From the NCBI GenBank assembly GCA_965215505.1, contig OZ244065.1, positions 2,624,001-2,688,000 on the forward strand: a stretch of 64,000 bases of DNA. The letters are read 5' to 3'. The stretch comes from Capsulimonadaceae bacterium (GTDB lineage: Bacteria > Armatimonadota > Armatimonadia > Armatimonadales > Capsulimonadaceae). Under the pieces are notes generated by a model. It saw only the letters and a program-made list of their open reading frames with translations, did not search any database and was not told the origin of the DNA. Positions within the stretch are counted from its first letter, which is position 1, and each line of letters starts with the position of its first letter. Below, in pieces: positions 56,685-64,000 of this stretch. The translations under genes and the position numbers were made by a program.

Positions 56685-58256
56685 ATGTCCCTCTTCGACC
56701 ACTACACCCTCGATGGGTTCTATGACGAGATGTTTCTCGAGGCGAACCAGCCCCGACCGCACTACAAGAGCCTGCATGCGACTCTGGAGTCGCTGACCGC
56801 ACACGACTTCAAGCAGCGCGCCCAGATGGCCGAGATGAGCATGCTCAATCAGGGCGTCACCTTTACGGTCTACGGGGACAACCAGGGGCTGGAAAAGACC
56901 ATGCCGGTGGACCTCGTCCCGCGCATCATCACGCACGAGGAGTGGGCGGGCATCGAGCGCGGGCTGATCCAGCGGATCAGGGCACTGAACCTGTTCCTGC
57001 ACGACGTCTATCACGACCAGAAAATCCTCAAGGACGGCATCGTGCCGCGCGAGCTGATCGTCAACGCGAAGCACTTCCGGCGCGAGTTCCTGGGTGCGCC
57101 CGTCCCCAAAGACATCTACGTCCACATCTGCGGCACGGATCTGGTGCGCGACGACAAGGGTGCCTATTACATCCTGGAAGACAACCTGCGCTCGCCCTCG
57201 GGCGTCTCCTATGTGCTGCAAAACCGGATGCTGATGACGCGCATCTTCCCCGGCCTGTTCCGCGAGAACCGGGTCCTCGCTGTGGACCACTACACCTCGC
57301 AGCTCTTGACCAACCTGCGCTACGTCTCGCCCCGCAAGAACGACGACCCGACCGTCGTGCTGCTGACGCCCGGCGAGTACAACTCCGCCTACTTTGAACA
57401 CGCCTTCCTGGCCCAGCAGATGGGCATCGATCTGGTGCAGGGCCGAGACCTGTATGTGGACAACAACATGGTCTGGATGCGGACCACACGCGGCGCGCAG
57501 CGCGTGGACGTCATCTACCGCCGCATTGACGACGACTTTCTGGACCCACTGACCTTCCGCCCCGATTCCAGCCTCGGCGTGCCGGGCCTGATTAACGCCT
57601 ACCGGGCCGGCAACGTCGCGCTCGCCAATGCCGTCGGGACGGGCGTCGCCGACGACAAGGTGATCTATGCCTATGTCCCGGCCATGATCAAGTACTATCT
57701 GGGCGAAGAGGCCCTGCTCCCTAACGTCCCGACCTACCTGTCCGCCGACGAGTCCCAGCGCACTTTCATCTTAGAAAACCTGGACAAGCTGGTCGTCAAG
57801 GCCGCGAACGAGGCGGGCGGCTATGGGATGCTGATGGGACCGCAGTCCACGAAGGCCGAGCAGGCAGAGTTCGCCGAGAAGATCAAGGCCGATCCGCGCA
57901 ATTTTATCGCCCAGCCCCTCGTCCAGATCTCGCGCGCCCCCGCCTTCGTCCCGGACGTTGAGGGCTTTGAGGGGCGGCACATTGACCTGCGGCCTTATAT
58001 CCTGATGGGCGAGGAGATCACCATCATCCCCGGCGGCCTGACGCGCGTCGCGCTCCGGAAAGGCTCCTACGTCGTCAACTCCAGCCAGGGCGGCGGCTCC
58101 AAAGACACCTGGGTGCTGGCGCGGCCGGCAGGCCAGTCGCAGTCCCAGTCGCAGAGGATGGGCAGCATGAGCCAGTCGCAGATGCAGGGCTTCGGCGGCG
58201 CGGCGGAGACGCGGCCGGTGGAGGGGGCGGTCAAGGCAGACGCAGCAGGAGGGTAG
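56685..58256 (+). CDS. Circularly permuted type-2 ATP-grasp protein
   Basis: [59 protein letters not shown]. Confidence 0.95.
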   Translation: MSLFDHYTLDGFYDEMFLEANQPRPHYKSLHATLESLTAHDFKQRAQMAEMSMLNQGVTFTVYGDNQGLEKTMPVDLVPRIITHEEWAGIERGLIQRIRALNLFLHDVYHDQKILKDGIVPRELIVNAKHFRREFLGAPVPKDIYVHICGTDLVRDDKGAYYILEDNLRSPSGVSYVLQNRMLMTRIFPGLFRENRVLAVDHYTSQLLTNLRYVSPRKNDDPTVVLLTPGEYNSAYFEHAFLAQQMGIDLVQGRDLYVDNNMVWMRTTRGAQRVDVIYRRIDDDFLDPLTFRPDSSLGVPGLINAYRAGNVALANAVGTGVADDKVIYAYVPAMIKYYLGEEALLPNVPTYLSADESQRTFILENLDKLVVKAANEAGGYGMLMGPQSTKAEQAEFAEKIKADPRNFIAQPLVQISRAPAFVPDVEGFEGRHIDLRPYILMGEEITIIPGGLTRVALRKGSYVVNSSQGGGSKDTWVLARPAGQSQSQSQRMGSMSQSQMQGFGGAAETRPVEGAVKADAAGG

Positions 58257-58260
58257 GACA

Positions 58261-58668
58261 GTGACCGTCGTTCCACCTTTGTACAGGTTGATTTCAGAAT
58301 TCAACTACGTCTTTCACAGCGTCATAGATCTGTTGTTCATCGTGGTCGCCCTTCTCATTGTTGGCACAGTTTCTCGTCCCGGTTGGCGGCACCATCTCCA
58401 ATGGGCAAGGCTTCTCGCCGCTGCTGCCTGGCTGACCGGCTGTTACCGTCTCATACTTGATCAGAGTCATTACCTTCACTTCGGCGGCCTGACGGTGTAT
58501 GTCGCATCAAACATTCTGCTTTACCTAGCGGATGGTGCATCCTTGTGGGGAACATGGCTTCTCTGGCTGACGCTCCGCGACTCGGCCCGCGCCCCGGCCG
58601 CGCCAGATCCGCAGGCGGAGTATCCAGCGCAACCCGGCGTGTGGCCCCCCGCCCCGGTCATCAAGTAG
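58261..58668 (+). CDS. Small membrane protein with GVWPPAP tail
   Basis: Three TM-like segments, AT-richer 5' part, ends QPGVWPPAPVIK. Confidence 0.65.
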   Translation: MTVVPPLYRLISEFNYVFHSVIDLLFIVVALLIVGTVSRPGWRHHLQWARLLAAAAWLTGCYRLILDQSHYLHFGGLTVYVASNILLYLADGASLWGTWLLWLTLRDSARAPAAPDPQAEYPAQPGVWPPAPVIK

Positions 58669-58690
58669 CGAGAGGGCGCGGCAGGGAAGA

Positions 58691-58860
58691 GGACGCGATG
58701 AATCGTGCCCCTACGCCGTGCAGGACAGGGACATGATGGGCGAACACGGATAGAAAGGGCGAACACAAGGTTCGCCCCTACAGTCGGTACGTCTTCGGCC
58801 TCAATCTTCAACCCCGGATGGGTTTTCACTCAAGAGTGGGCCGGCCATTCATGGCCGGTC
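58691..58860. repeat. GTAG-type REPs and a TTCA-loop palindrome
   Basis: ..ATGAATCGTGCCCCTAC; GGGCGAACACAAGGTTCGCCCCTAC identical to 46879-46903; GGCCGGCCA-TTCA-TGGCCGGTC. Confidence 0.75.
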
Positions 58861-58881
58861 ACTCTCATCAGGAACCAATTT

Positions 58882-59850
58882 ATGCTCGCTCGTGAAGCCG
58901 ACGCCATGTTCTGGATCGGGCGCTATGTGGAGCGCGCCGAGGCGACCGCCCGCATCGTGGACGTCCAGTACCACTCCGAACTCGAAGGCGCGTTCCCGCT
59001 CGCCCCGACCGGCGAGAGCGACCCATCCGCCCTGTGGGGGCCGATCCTCGCCATCTCGGGCGACTCCGAGCTGTTCGCCGCGCTCTACGACGACAATCAG
59101 GTCGAGCGCAATGTGCTGGACTTCTTCGCCTTCCGCCGCGACCACCCGAACTCCATCCTCTCCTGCGTCAGCCGCGCCCGCGAGAACGCGCGCGGCGTCC
59201 GCGAGATGATCTCCTCGGAGATGTACGAGAGCCTGAACATGTTCTTCCTGGAGGCGACCCGGTGGAACGCCGACAAGATTTTGGAGACATCGCCGCACGC
59301 CTACTTCTCCCAGATCAAGAGCGCCTCATTGCTCTTCCACGGCATCACCGCCCGGACGATGCCCCGCGACGAGGCCTGGGCCTTCCTCGACTGCGGCATG
59401 TTCCTGGAGCGGGCCGACAAGACCGCGCGCATTTTGGACGTCAAGTACCACATCCTGCTCGGCCCCGAGCAGCTCGGCGGGACTCTGGACCAGCACCAGT
59501 GGATCGCCGTCCTGAAAAGCGTCGGCGCGTTCGAGGCCTTCCGCAAGGCCAACCGGCTGGGCATCACGCCCGGCAAGGTCGTCTCTTACCTCGTCCGCAA
59601 CCCCGCCTTCCCCGCCTCCATCGCCTACTCAGTCACCCGCCTGGACCGCGCCCTGCGCCAGATCGGCGGCACGAAGGGCCAGCCCGCCGCCAACCGCGCC
59701 GAGCGCCTGGTGGGCCGGCTGCGCGCGGACCTGTCGTTCATCACGACCGACGAGATCATCAACCAGGGCCTGCACCAGTTCCTGGATCAAGTCCAGGTCC
59801 GGTGCATCGAGATCGGCGACGCCATCTCCGAGGCGTACCTGCGCTACTGA
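58882..59850 (+). CDS. Alpha-E domain protein
   Basis: FWIGRYVERAE..AR, ARENAR..RE.ISSE, FLERADKTARILDVKY. Confidence 0.93.
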   Translation: MLAREADAMFWIGRYVERAEATARIVDVQYHSELEGAFPLAPTGESDPSALWGPILAISGDSELFAALYDDNQVERNVLDFFAFRRDHPNSILSCVSRARENARGVREMISSEMYESLNMFFLEATRWNADKILETSPHAYFSQIKSASLLFHGITARTMPRDEAWAFLDCGMFLERADKTARILDVKYHILLGPEQLGGTLDQHQWIAVLKSVGAFEAFRKANRLGITPGKVVSYLVRNPAFPASIAYSVTRLDRALRQIGGTKGQPAANRAERLVGRLRADLSFITTDEIINQGLHQFLDQVQVRCIEIGDAISEAYLRY

Positions 59851-59882
59851 GGACGCCCCGCCGAAGTATTTTTACCGCCCCC

Positions 59883-59927
59883 TTGACACACTTGCTTTTG
59901 CGTGATATACTTTACTTATAGTAAAGT
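59883..59927 (+). promoter_or_regulatory. Promoter with overlapping palindromic operator
   Basis: TTGACA-N17-TATACT; ACTTTAC-TTATA-GTAAAGT at 59909-59927. Confidence 0.75.
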
Positions 59928-59947
59928 GCTTACTAAGGAGGCAACTG

Positions 59948-60394
59948 ATGGAGACAAACACGCAGCAGGCGCGCGAAAGCCTGCAAGTCATCTCACAGGC
60001 GGAAGCGGCGGCCCGCCTGAACAGCCCGAACAACGGGACCGTGCCCCTGGTCTGGGGGTCCGTCATTCTGGCCTGCATGGTGAGCTATGACCTGGTCCCG
60101 CCGATCTTTGCGCTGGCCGTCACCGTCGCGGGCGCTTTTGCGGCCTCACGCTGGTCATGTTCCTACCAGCGCTGCCTCCCCGTCAAGCCGCTGAAGGTGG
60201 ACAAGCCCCGGATGTTCAGCGTGTGGGGACTATACCACGGCGTGGTGCTGATGGGCGGCATCGCGCTGGGGACCCACTTCTGGCACGCCCCCATGCGGCC
60301 GGGGGCGTTCACCCTGATCGGCCTGCTGGACGCCGCTCCCCTCCTGCTCATCGGCTGGACTCAGCGGCGGCGCGCACAGGGGCTGCACCCATGA
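59948..60394 (+). CDS. Small membrane protein co-transcribed with a winged-helix regulator
   Basis: AAGGAGG RBS; four TM-like segments; ATGA overlap. Confidence 0.75.
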   Translation: METNTQQARESLQVISQAEAAARLNSPNNGTVPLVWGSVILACMVSYDLVPPIFALAVTVAGAFAASRWSCSYQRCLPVKPLKVDKPRMFSVWGLYHGVVLMGGIALGTHFWHAPMRPGAFTLIGLLDAAPLLLIGWTQRRRAQGLHP

Positions 60395-60747
60395 GCGTCC
60401 TCCCCGCCTCGCCGCCGCACCCCCGTCTGGAACTGGATGAGGCCATCCATCAGCCCGTCCGGCTGTCCATCATGGCGCTGCTGGCGCAGTCCGAGAAGGT
60501 AGATTTCGCCTTCCTGCGCGACCACCTCGCCTTGGGGGACTCCAACCTGTCCCGCCACCTGTCCGCCTTGGAAGGGTTAGGGTACATCGTCATCACCAAG
60601 GTGTTCGAAGGCAAGCGGGGCCGCACCTGGCTGTCCCTCAGCGCGGAAGGCCGCGCCGCATTTGAAAACCATGTCCGCGTCCTGCATGAGATCGTCGGGC
60701 CGGCTGCGGATGAGCCGCAGACGAACAAGACGAGAACGGACAAGTGA
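60391..60747 (+). CDS. Winged-helix (HTH_34/ArsR-like) transcriptional regulator
   Basis: LDEAIHQPVRLSIM..DF..LR..DSNLSRHL..LE..GY..K.F.GKR.RTW..EGR.AF. Confidence 0.9.
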   Translation: MSVLPASPPHPRLELDEAIHQPVRLSIMALLAQSEKVDFAFLRDHLALGDSNLSRHLSALEGLGYIVITKVFEGKRGRTWLSLSAEGRAAFENHVRVLHEIVGPAADEPQTNKTRTDK

Positions 60748-60880
60748 TTAAAAATCACTCGCTGCGGGCGGACCTGTCCAGGGGACAGTATGGCAGGATC
60801 CGTCAGGACGGCCCGGCCCGTCTTCTTTTTCTTCTGTCCCCTGGACAGGTCTTACGGGAGCGAGTGAATTTATTCACTCG
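60741..60880. repeat. Palindromic REPIN-like element (third copy of the GTCCAGGGGAC family)
   Basis: Arms homologous to 56450-56582; contains the regulator stop codon. Confidence 0.85.
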
Positions 60881-60917
60881 GCCCTCCGCCCGAGCCGTAC
60901 CATCAAAGGATACCGTC

Positions 60918-62243
60918 ATGCACCTCTGTTTCCCGGCCCGCCTGCGGGCCTCCGTCTTCTGCCTCCTGCTGCTCCTGGCCGCCCTGCCCGCCTTCGCCTT
61001 TGACGAGGACCATCACGAAACCATCAACGGCGCGATGCTCCACTTCCGTGTTCGGGGCACGGACAAGGCCCACCCGTACCTCGTCATCCTGCACGGCGGG
61101 CCGGGCTTCTCCGCCCACATGTTCTATCCCTGGGGGGCGAGCCTGGAGAAGACCCTCAACGTGGTCTACCTGGACCAGCGCGGCAGCGGCGAGTCGGCCC
61201 GGCTCTCGGTGGCGAACGTCATGGCCCCCACGCCCGCCGAGGTCAAGGGGTACACGGTCGCCAACCTCGCGGCCGACATCGAAGGCGTCCGGCAGTCGTT
61301 GAAGGTGGACAAGTGGTACGTCCTGGGCCACTCCTGGGGCGGGATGCTGGGGCTGGAATATGTGACCGCGCACCCCGGCCACGTTATCGGCTACATCCAC
61401 ATGGACGGCCTGGTTTCGGTCCCGCAGATGCAGGACGCCATGCTGGACAATGCCGCCAAGAAGTTCGCGGCGGCAAAGCCGAAAGATGACGCCGGTCTGG
61501 CCCAGGTGAAGCAGCTCCGCGCCCTGCCCACGGACAACCCTATCCGCCTGTTCGGCGCGCTCGGGCTGGCAATGGGTCCCGCCGGTCTGTACTTCGCGGG
61601 CGACCAGGCGGCCGGGTTTGCCGCCGGGTTTGGACAGATCGGCGCGGCCGTCGCGTCCTACCACCTGTCTCCCGCCGCCCTCGCGCTCGCCTCGGAGCCT
61701 GGCGCGGCTTTGATCGTCAACGACCACTATCTGACCCGCGACGACACGCCGCTGCTGGCGAAGGTGACGGTGCCGACGCTGATCATCAACGGCAAGCAGG
61801 ACGGCGTCATCCCCCCGTCAGCGGCGGAGGCGGCGCATACGGCGATCAAAGGCTCGCAGCTCGTGGAGCTAGACGACTGCGGCCACTTCCCGTTCTTCGA
61901 GCAGCCAGTTACGACGACAGCCCTAGTGCTGACGTTCGTGACGCTGAAAGCGCCGGACAGGCCTGGACACACGGTGACGACGCCGACACTATCAGTCGGA
62001 AGTTTTAATGACATTTCAATGCTGGGCGATATCGACACGAGAACGCTCAACGGAAAACCGACCGTCGTGAACTGGACCGTGACTGACCAGGGGAAGCCTG
62101 TCAACATCGCTATCGCTTCCTCATGCGGCAACAAGGGCTTAGATCAGGTATTTGCCCGGACCATTCAAGGGATGCGCTTCAAACCGGGCACCATAGATGG
62201 GCAACCGGTTCCGGCCTGCGTGACGCACACATACCAGCTCTAG
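60918..62243 (+). CDS. Secreted alpha/beta hydrolase (proline-iminopeptidase-like) with C-terminal TonB-C-like domain
   Basis: Signal peptide, LHGGPG, DQRGSG, GHSWGG, CGHFPF; C-terminal VTDQGKPVNIAIASSCGNKGLD..MRFKPG..DGQPV. Confidence 0.8.
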   Translation: MHLCFPARLRASVFCLLLLLAALPAFAFDEDHHETINGAMLHFRVRGTDKAHPYLVILHGGPGFSAHMFYPWGASLEKTLNVVYLDQRGSGESARLSVANVMAPTPAEVKGYTVANLAADIEGVRQSLKVDKWYVLGHSWGGMLGLEYVTAHPGHVIGYIHMDGLVSVPQMQDAMLDNAAKKFAAAKPKDDAGLAQVKQLRALPTDNPIRLFGALGLAMGPAGLYFAGDQAAGFAAGFGQIGAAVASYHLSPAALALASEPGAALIVNDHYLTRDDTPLLAKVTVPTLIINGKQDGVIPPSAAEAAHTAIKGSQLVELDDCGHFPFFEQPVTTTALVLTFVTLKAPDRPGHTVTTPTLSVGSFNDISMLGDIDTRTLNGKPTVVNWTVTDQGKPVNIAIASSCGNKGLDQVFARTIQGMRFKPGTIDGQPVPACVTHTYQL

Positions 62244-62348
62244 CCATAAAACCCCGATCAACAGAACGCTGGGCCAGAATCTTGGGCAAAATCTTGACAA
62301 AACACCCGCACTAGACGTATAGTAACGGGGAGAAGAGTCTCGGAGGGT

Positions 62349-63179
62349 TTGATCGTGGCACGCAGCAACTCCAATGGAACACTGAAATTCGTCGGCCTGG
62401 GCGCGGTCGCCATCGTCGGCGGCGTCGCCATCGGCCTGCTCGTCGGCGGCGTGCGCGCCTCGCACTCGACGGAACAGGTCGTCGAGCAGCCCGCCCCCGC
62501 CGTCTCCGCCCCGGTGACGCCGTCCGCCGCGCCGCCCGTCGTGCGCCCGCACATCAACGGCGACTACACCGCGCCCGACGCCCCCCGCATCACCATCCGT
62601 GAGGAGAGCGCCCCCACCCTGCGGCGGGCGGACCGGATCGTCCCCGCCCCGCCCACCGACACCGAGGCCAGCCAGGAGGCCCCGCCCCCGGTCAAGTCCA
62701 AGCCGGCTAAGGAGCCGTCGGACGCCGCGCCCGCCGACACTTCCGCCCCGAGCGACACGGCCCCGACGCCGCCCGCCCCGGCCCCCGACGCCACCGCGCC
62801 GGGCGATGACAGCAAGCCGCCCGCCCCGCCGCCCGCGCCCGCCGATCCCGACTTTGAACGCGTCGGCAAGCCCGCCGACCCCGGAGCCGGGCAGGAGGGC
62901 GGCAAGGGCCAGTCTGGGCAGGAAACCGGCAAGGCCCAGTACCGGGTCCAGACCGGCTCCTACACCGACGAGAGCAACGCCCGCAGCATCGCCGACCAGC
63001 TCCGGGGCCAGGGCTACACCGCCAGCACCCGTAGCGAGCGTGACGGCGACCACCTCGTCTACAAGGTGCAGGCCGGCGCGTACCGCTCCAAGAGCGGCGC
63101 GAGCAAGGCCGCCGGGGACCTCCAGAAGCTCGGCTTCCCCGCCTACGTCGCGCCCATCACACCCAGGGCCACGCCCTGA
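62349..63179 (+). CDS. SPOR-domain peptidoglycan-binding membrane protein
   Basis: N-terminal TM, Pro-rich linker, YRVQTGSY..NA..YKVQAGAY; upstream TTGACA-N18-TATAGT. Confidence 0.88.
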   Translation: MIVARSNSNGTLKFVGLGAVAIVGGVAIGLLVGGVRASHSTEQVVEQPAPAVSAPVTPSAAPPVVRPHINGDYTAPDAPRITIREESAPTLRRADRIVPAPPTDTEASQEAPPPVKSKPAKEPSDAAPADTSAPSDTAPTPPAPAPDATAPGDDSKPPAPPPAPADPDFERVGKPADPGAGQEGGKGQSGQETGKAQYRVQTGSYTDESNARSIADQLRGQGYTASTRSERDGDHLVYKVQAGAYRSKSGASKAAGDLQKLGFPAYVAPITPRATP

Positions 63180-63186
63180 CCAGGCT

Positions 63187-63609
63187 TTAGTAGATCTCCC
63201 AGCACCCCGGCGTGATCAGCTCGATCAGGTGGCCGTCGGGGTCGCGGAAGTACAGGCTGTCCCCCTGCGGGCTGTCGTCCCCGCAGTGGACCAGACTTTC
63301 CAGCGCCACGCCTTTCTCCTCCAATGACTGCTTCCACGGCTCGACCTCATCCGGCGAGATCGCGAACGCGAGGTGCAGCGTGCCGCGTCCGTCGTGGGCG
63401 GGGATGAGGCCGCCGTGCATCGGCGAGGGCTGGGCCGAGCCGCCGACCTTGAACAGCAGCAGGACCTGTTTGTCGGCGACGCTGTAGGCCCGCATACGCT
63501 CCTCGGCCATGAGCAGGTGGAAGTCGAAGACTTCTTCGTAAAACCGCCCCGCGCGTTCCAGGTCCTCCACATAAAGCGATGTCTCGACGACGCCGTTGAC
63601 TGCCGGCAT
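63187..63609 (-). CDS. VOC/glyoxalase-family protein
   Basis: ETSLYVEDLERA..FY, HLAFAI, SLYFRDPDGHLIEL.TPG.W. Confidence 0.9.
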   Translation of the reverse strand: MPAVNGVVETSLYVEDLERAGRFYEEVFDFHLLMAEERMRAYSVADKQVLLLFKVGGSAQPSPMHGGLIPAHDGRGTLHLAFAISPDEVEPWKQSLEEKGVALESLVHCGDDSPQGDSLYFRDPDGHLIELITPGCWEIY

Positions 63610-63698
63610 AATGCCCTCCCTATTCTTCCCCGTTGACTGGCGGCCTTGTTCGCCGCCCCCGCCGTCTACTCCTGCCTTCATAGTCGAAAGGAAGCCAA

Positions 63699-64000
63699 AT
63701 GAAAAATCTACTCGCGCCGGGAGGCTGGCGCTTCGCCAGCGCGGCGGGCGAGGCCGCCCAGGGGCGCGTCGCCGAGGAAGACGACGGCCCCGCCCTGGTC
63801 ATCGAACACGCCGAATACGCCGAGGGCAGCCGGTGGGAGCAGGACATCACGGGCCTGCCTGCGGGGACACTGCTGACCTTCATCGGCCATGCCCGGACAT
63901 GGGGGGAGTGCCTCCGGAGCATCGGGGACAGCCGGTATGTGTCCGGGGTCCGGCTCACCCTGGAGGCCGTGACCGGCAACGGCCGCCTTGAATCGGTGGA
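63699..64000 (+). CDS. Hypothetical protein, runs off the window end
   Basis: AAGGAAG RBS, ATG 63699, frame open to 64000 (MKNLLAPGGWRF..). Confidence 0.5.
   Translation, partial: MKNLLAPGGWRFASAAGEAAQGRVAEEDDGPALVIEHAEYAEGSRWEQDITGLPAGTLLTFIGHARTWGECLRSIGDSRYVSGVRLTLEAVTGNGRLESV

Overview
High-GC bacterial chromosomal window. The gene content (prepilin-type DUF1559/H-X9-DG proteins beside LacI regulators, stalk-domain proteins, membrane proteins with GVWPPPP tails) suggests Armatimonadota (Capsulimonas-like); this is inference only. Core genes include lepA, pgk, murQ, folK, a pilC-like gene, MPG glycosylase, a Ser/Thr kinase-phosphatase pair and ABC transporter parts. There is one complete IS5-family element (IS1031-like, TTA duplication), several families of palindromic REP/REPIN-like elements and many 12-25 bp tandem arrays. 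No rRNA, tRNA or CRISPR array was seen. The best candidate for an undescribed system is a minus-strand cluster at 30059-34886. It has a conserved unknown protein, a 288-nt segment closed by a perfect 12-bp inverted repeat that encodes an unannotated 27-aa peptide ending HWPWD, a multi-TM HD-GYP protein, a degenerate HD-GYP protein and an HTTM-like membrane protein, consistent with peptide signalling into cyclic-dinucleotide turnover. Other highlights are a low-GC HExxH protein/HEAT partner cassette flanked by a duplicated promoter, a GH16-GT2 fusion, a stand-alone PolX lyase domain coupled to MPG, and a palindrome inserted in frame in an ABC permease. All family calls come from motif recognition, not database searches.
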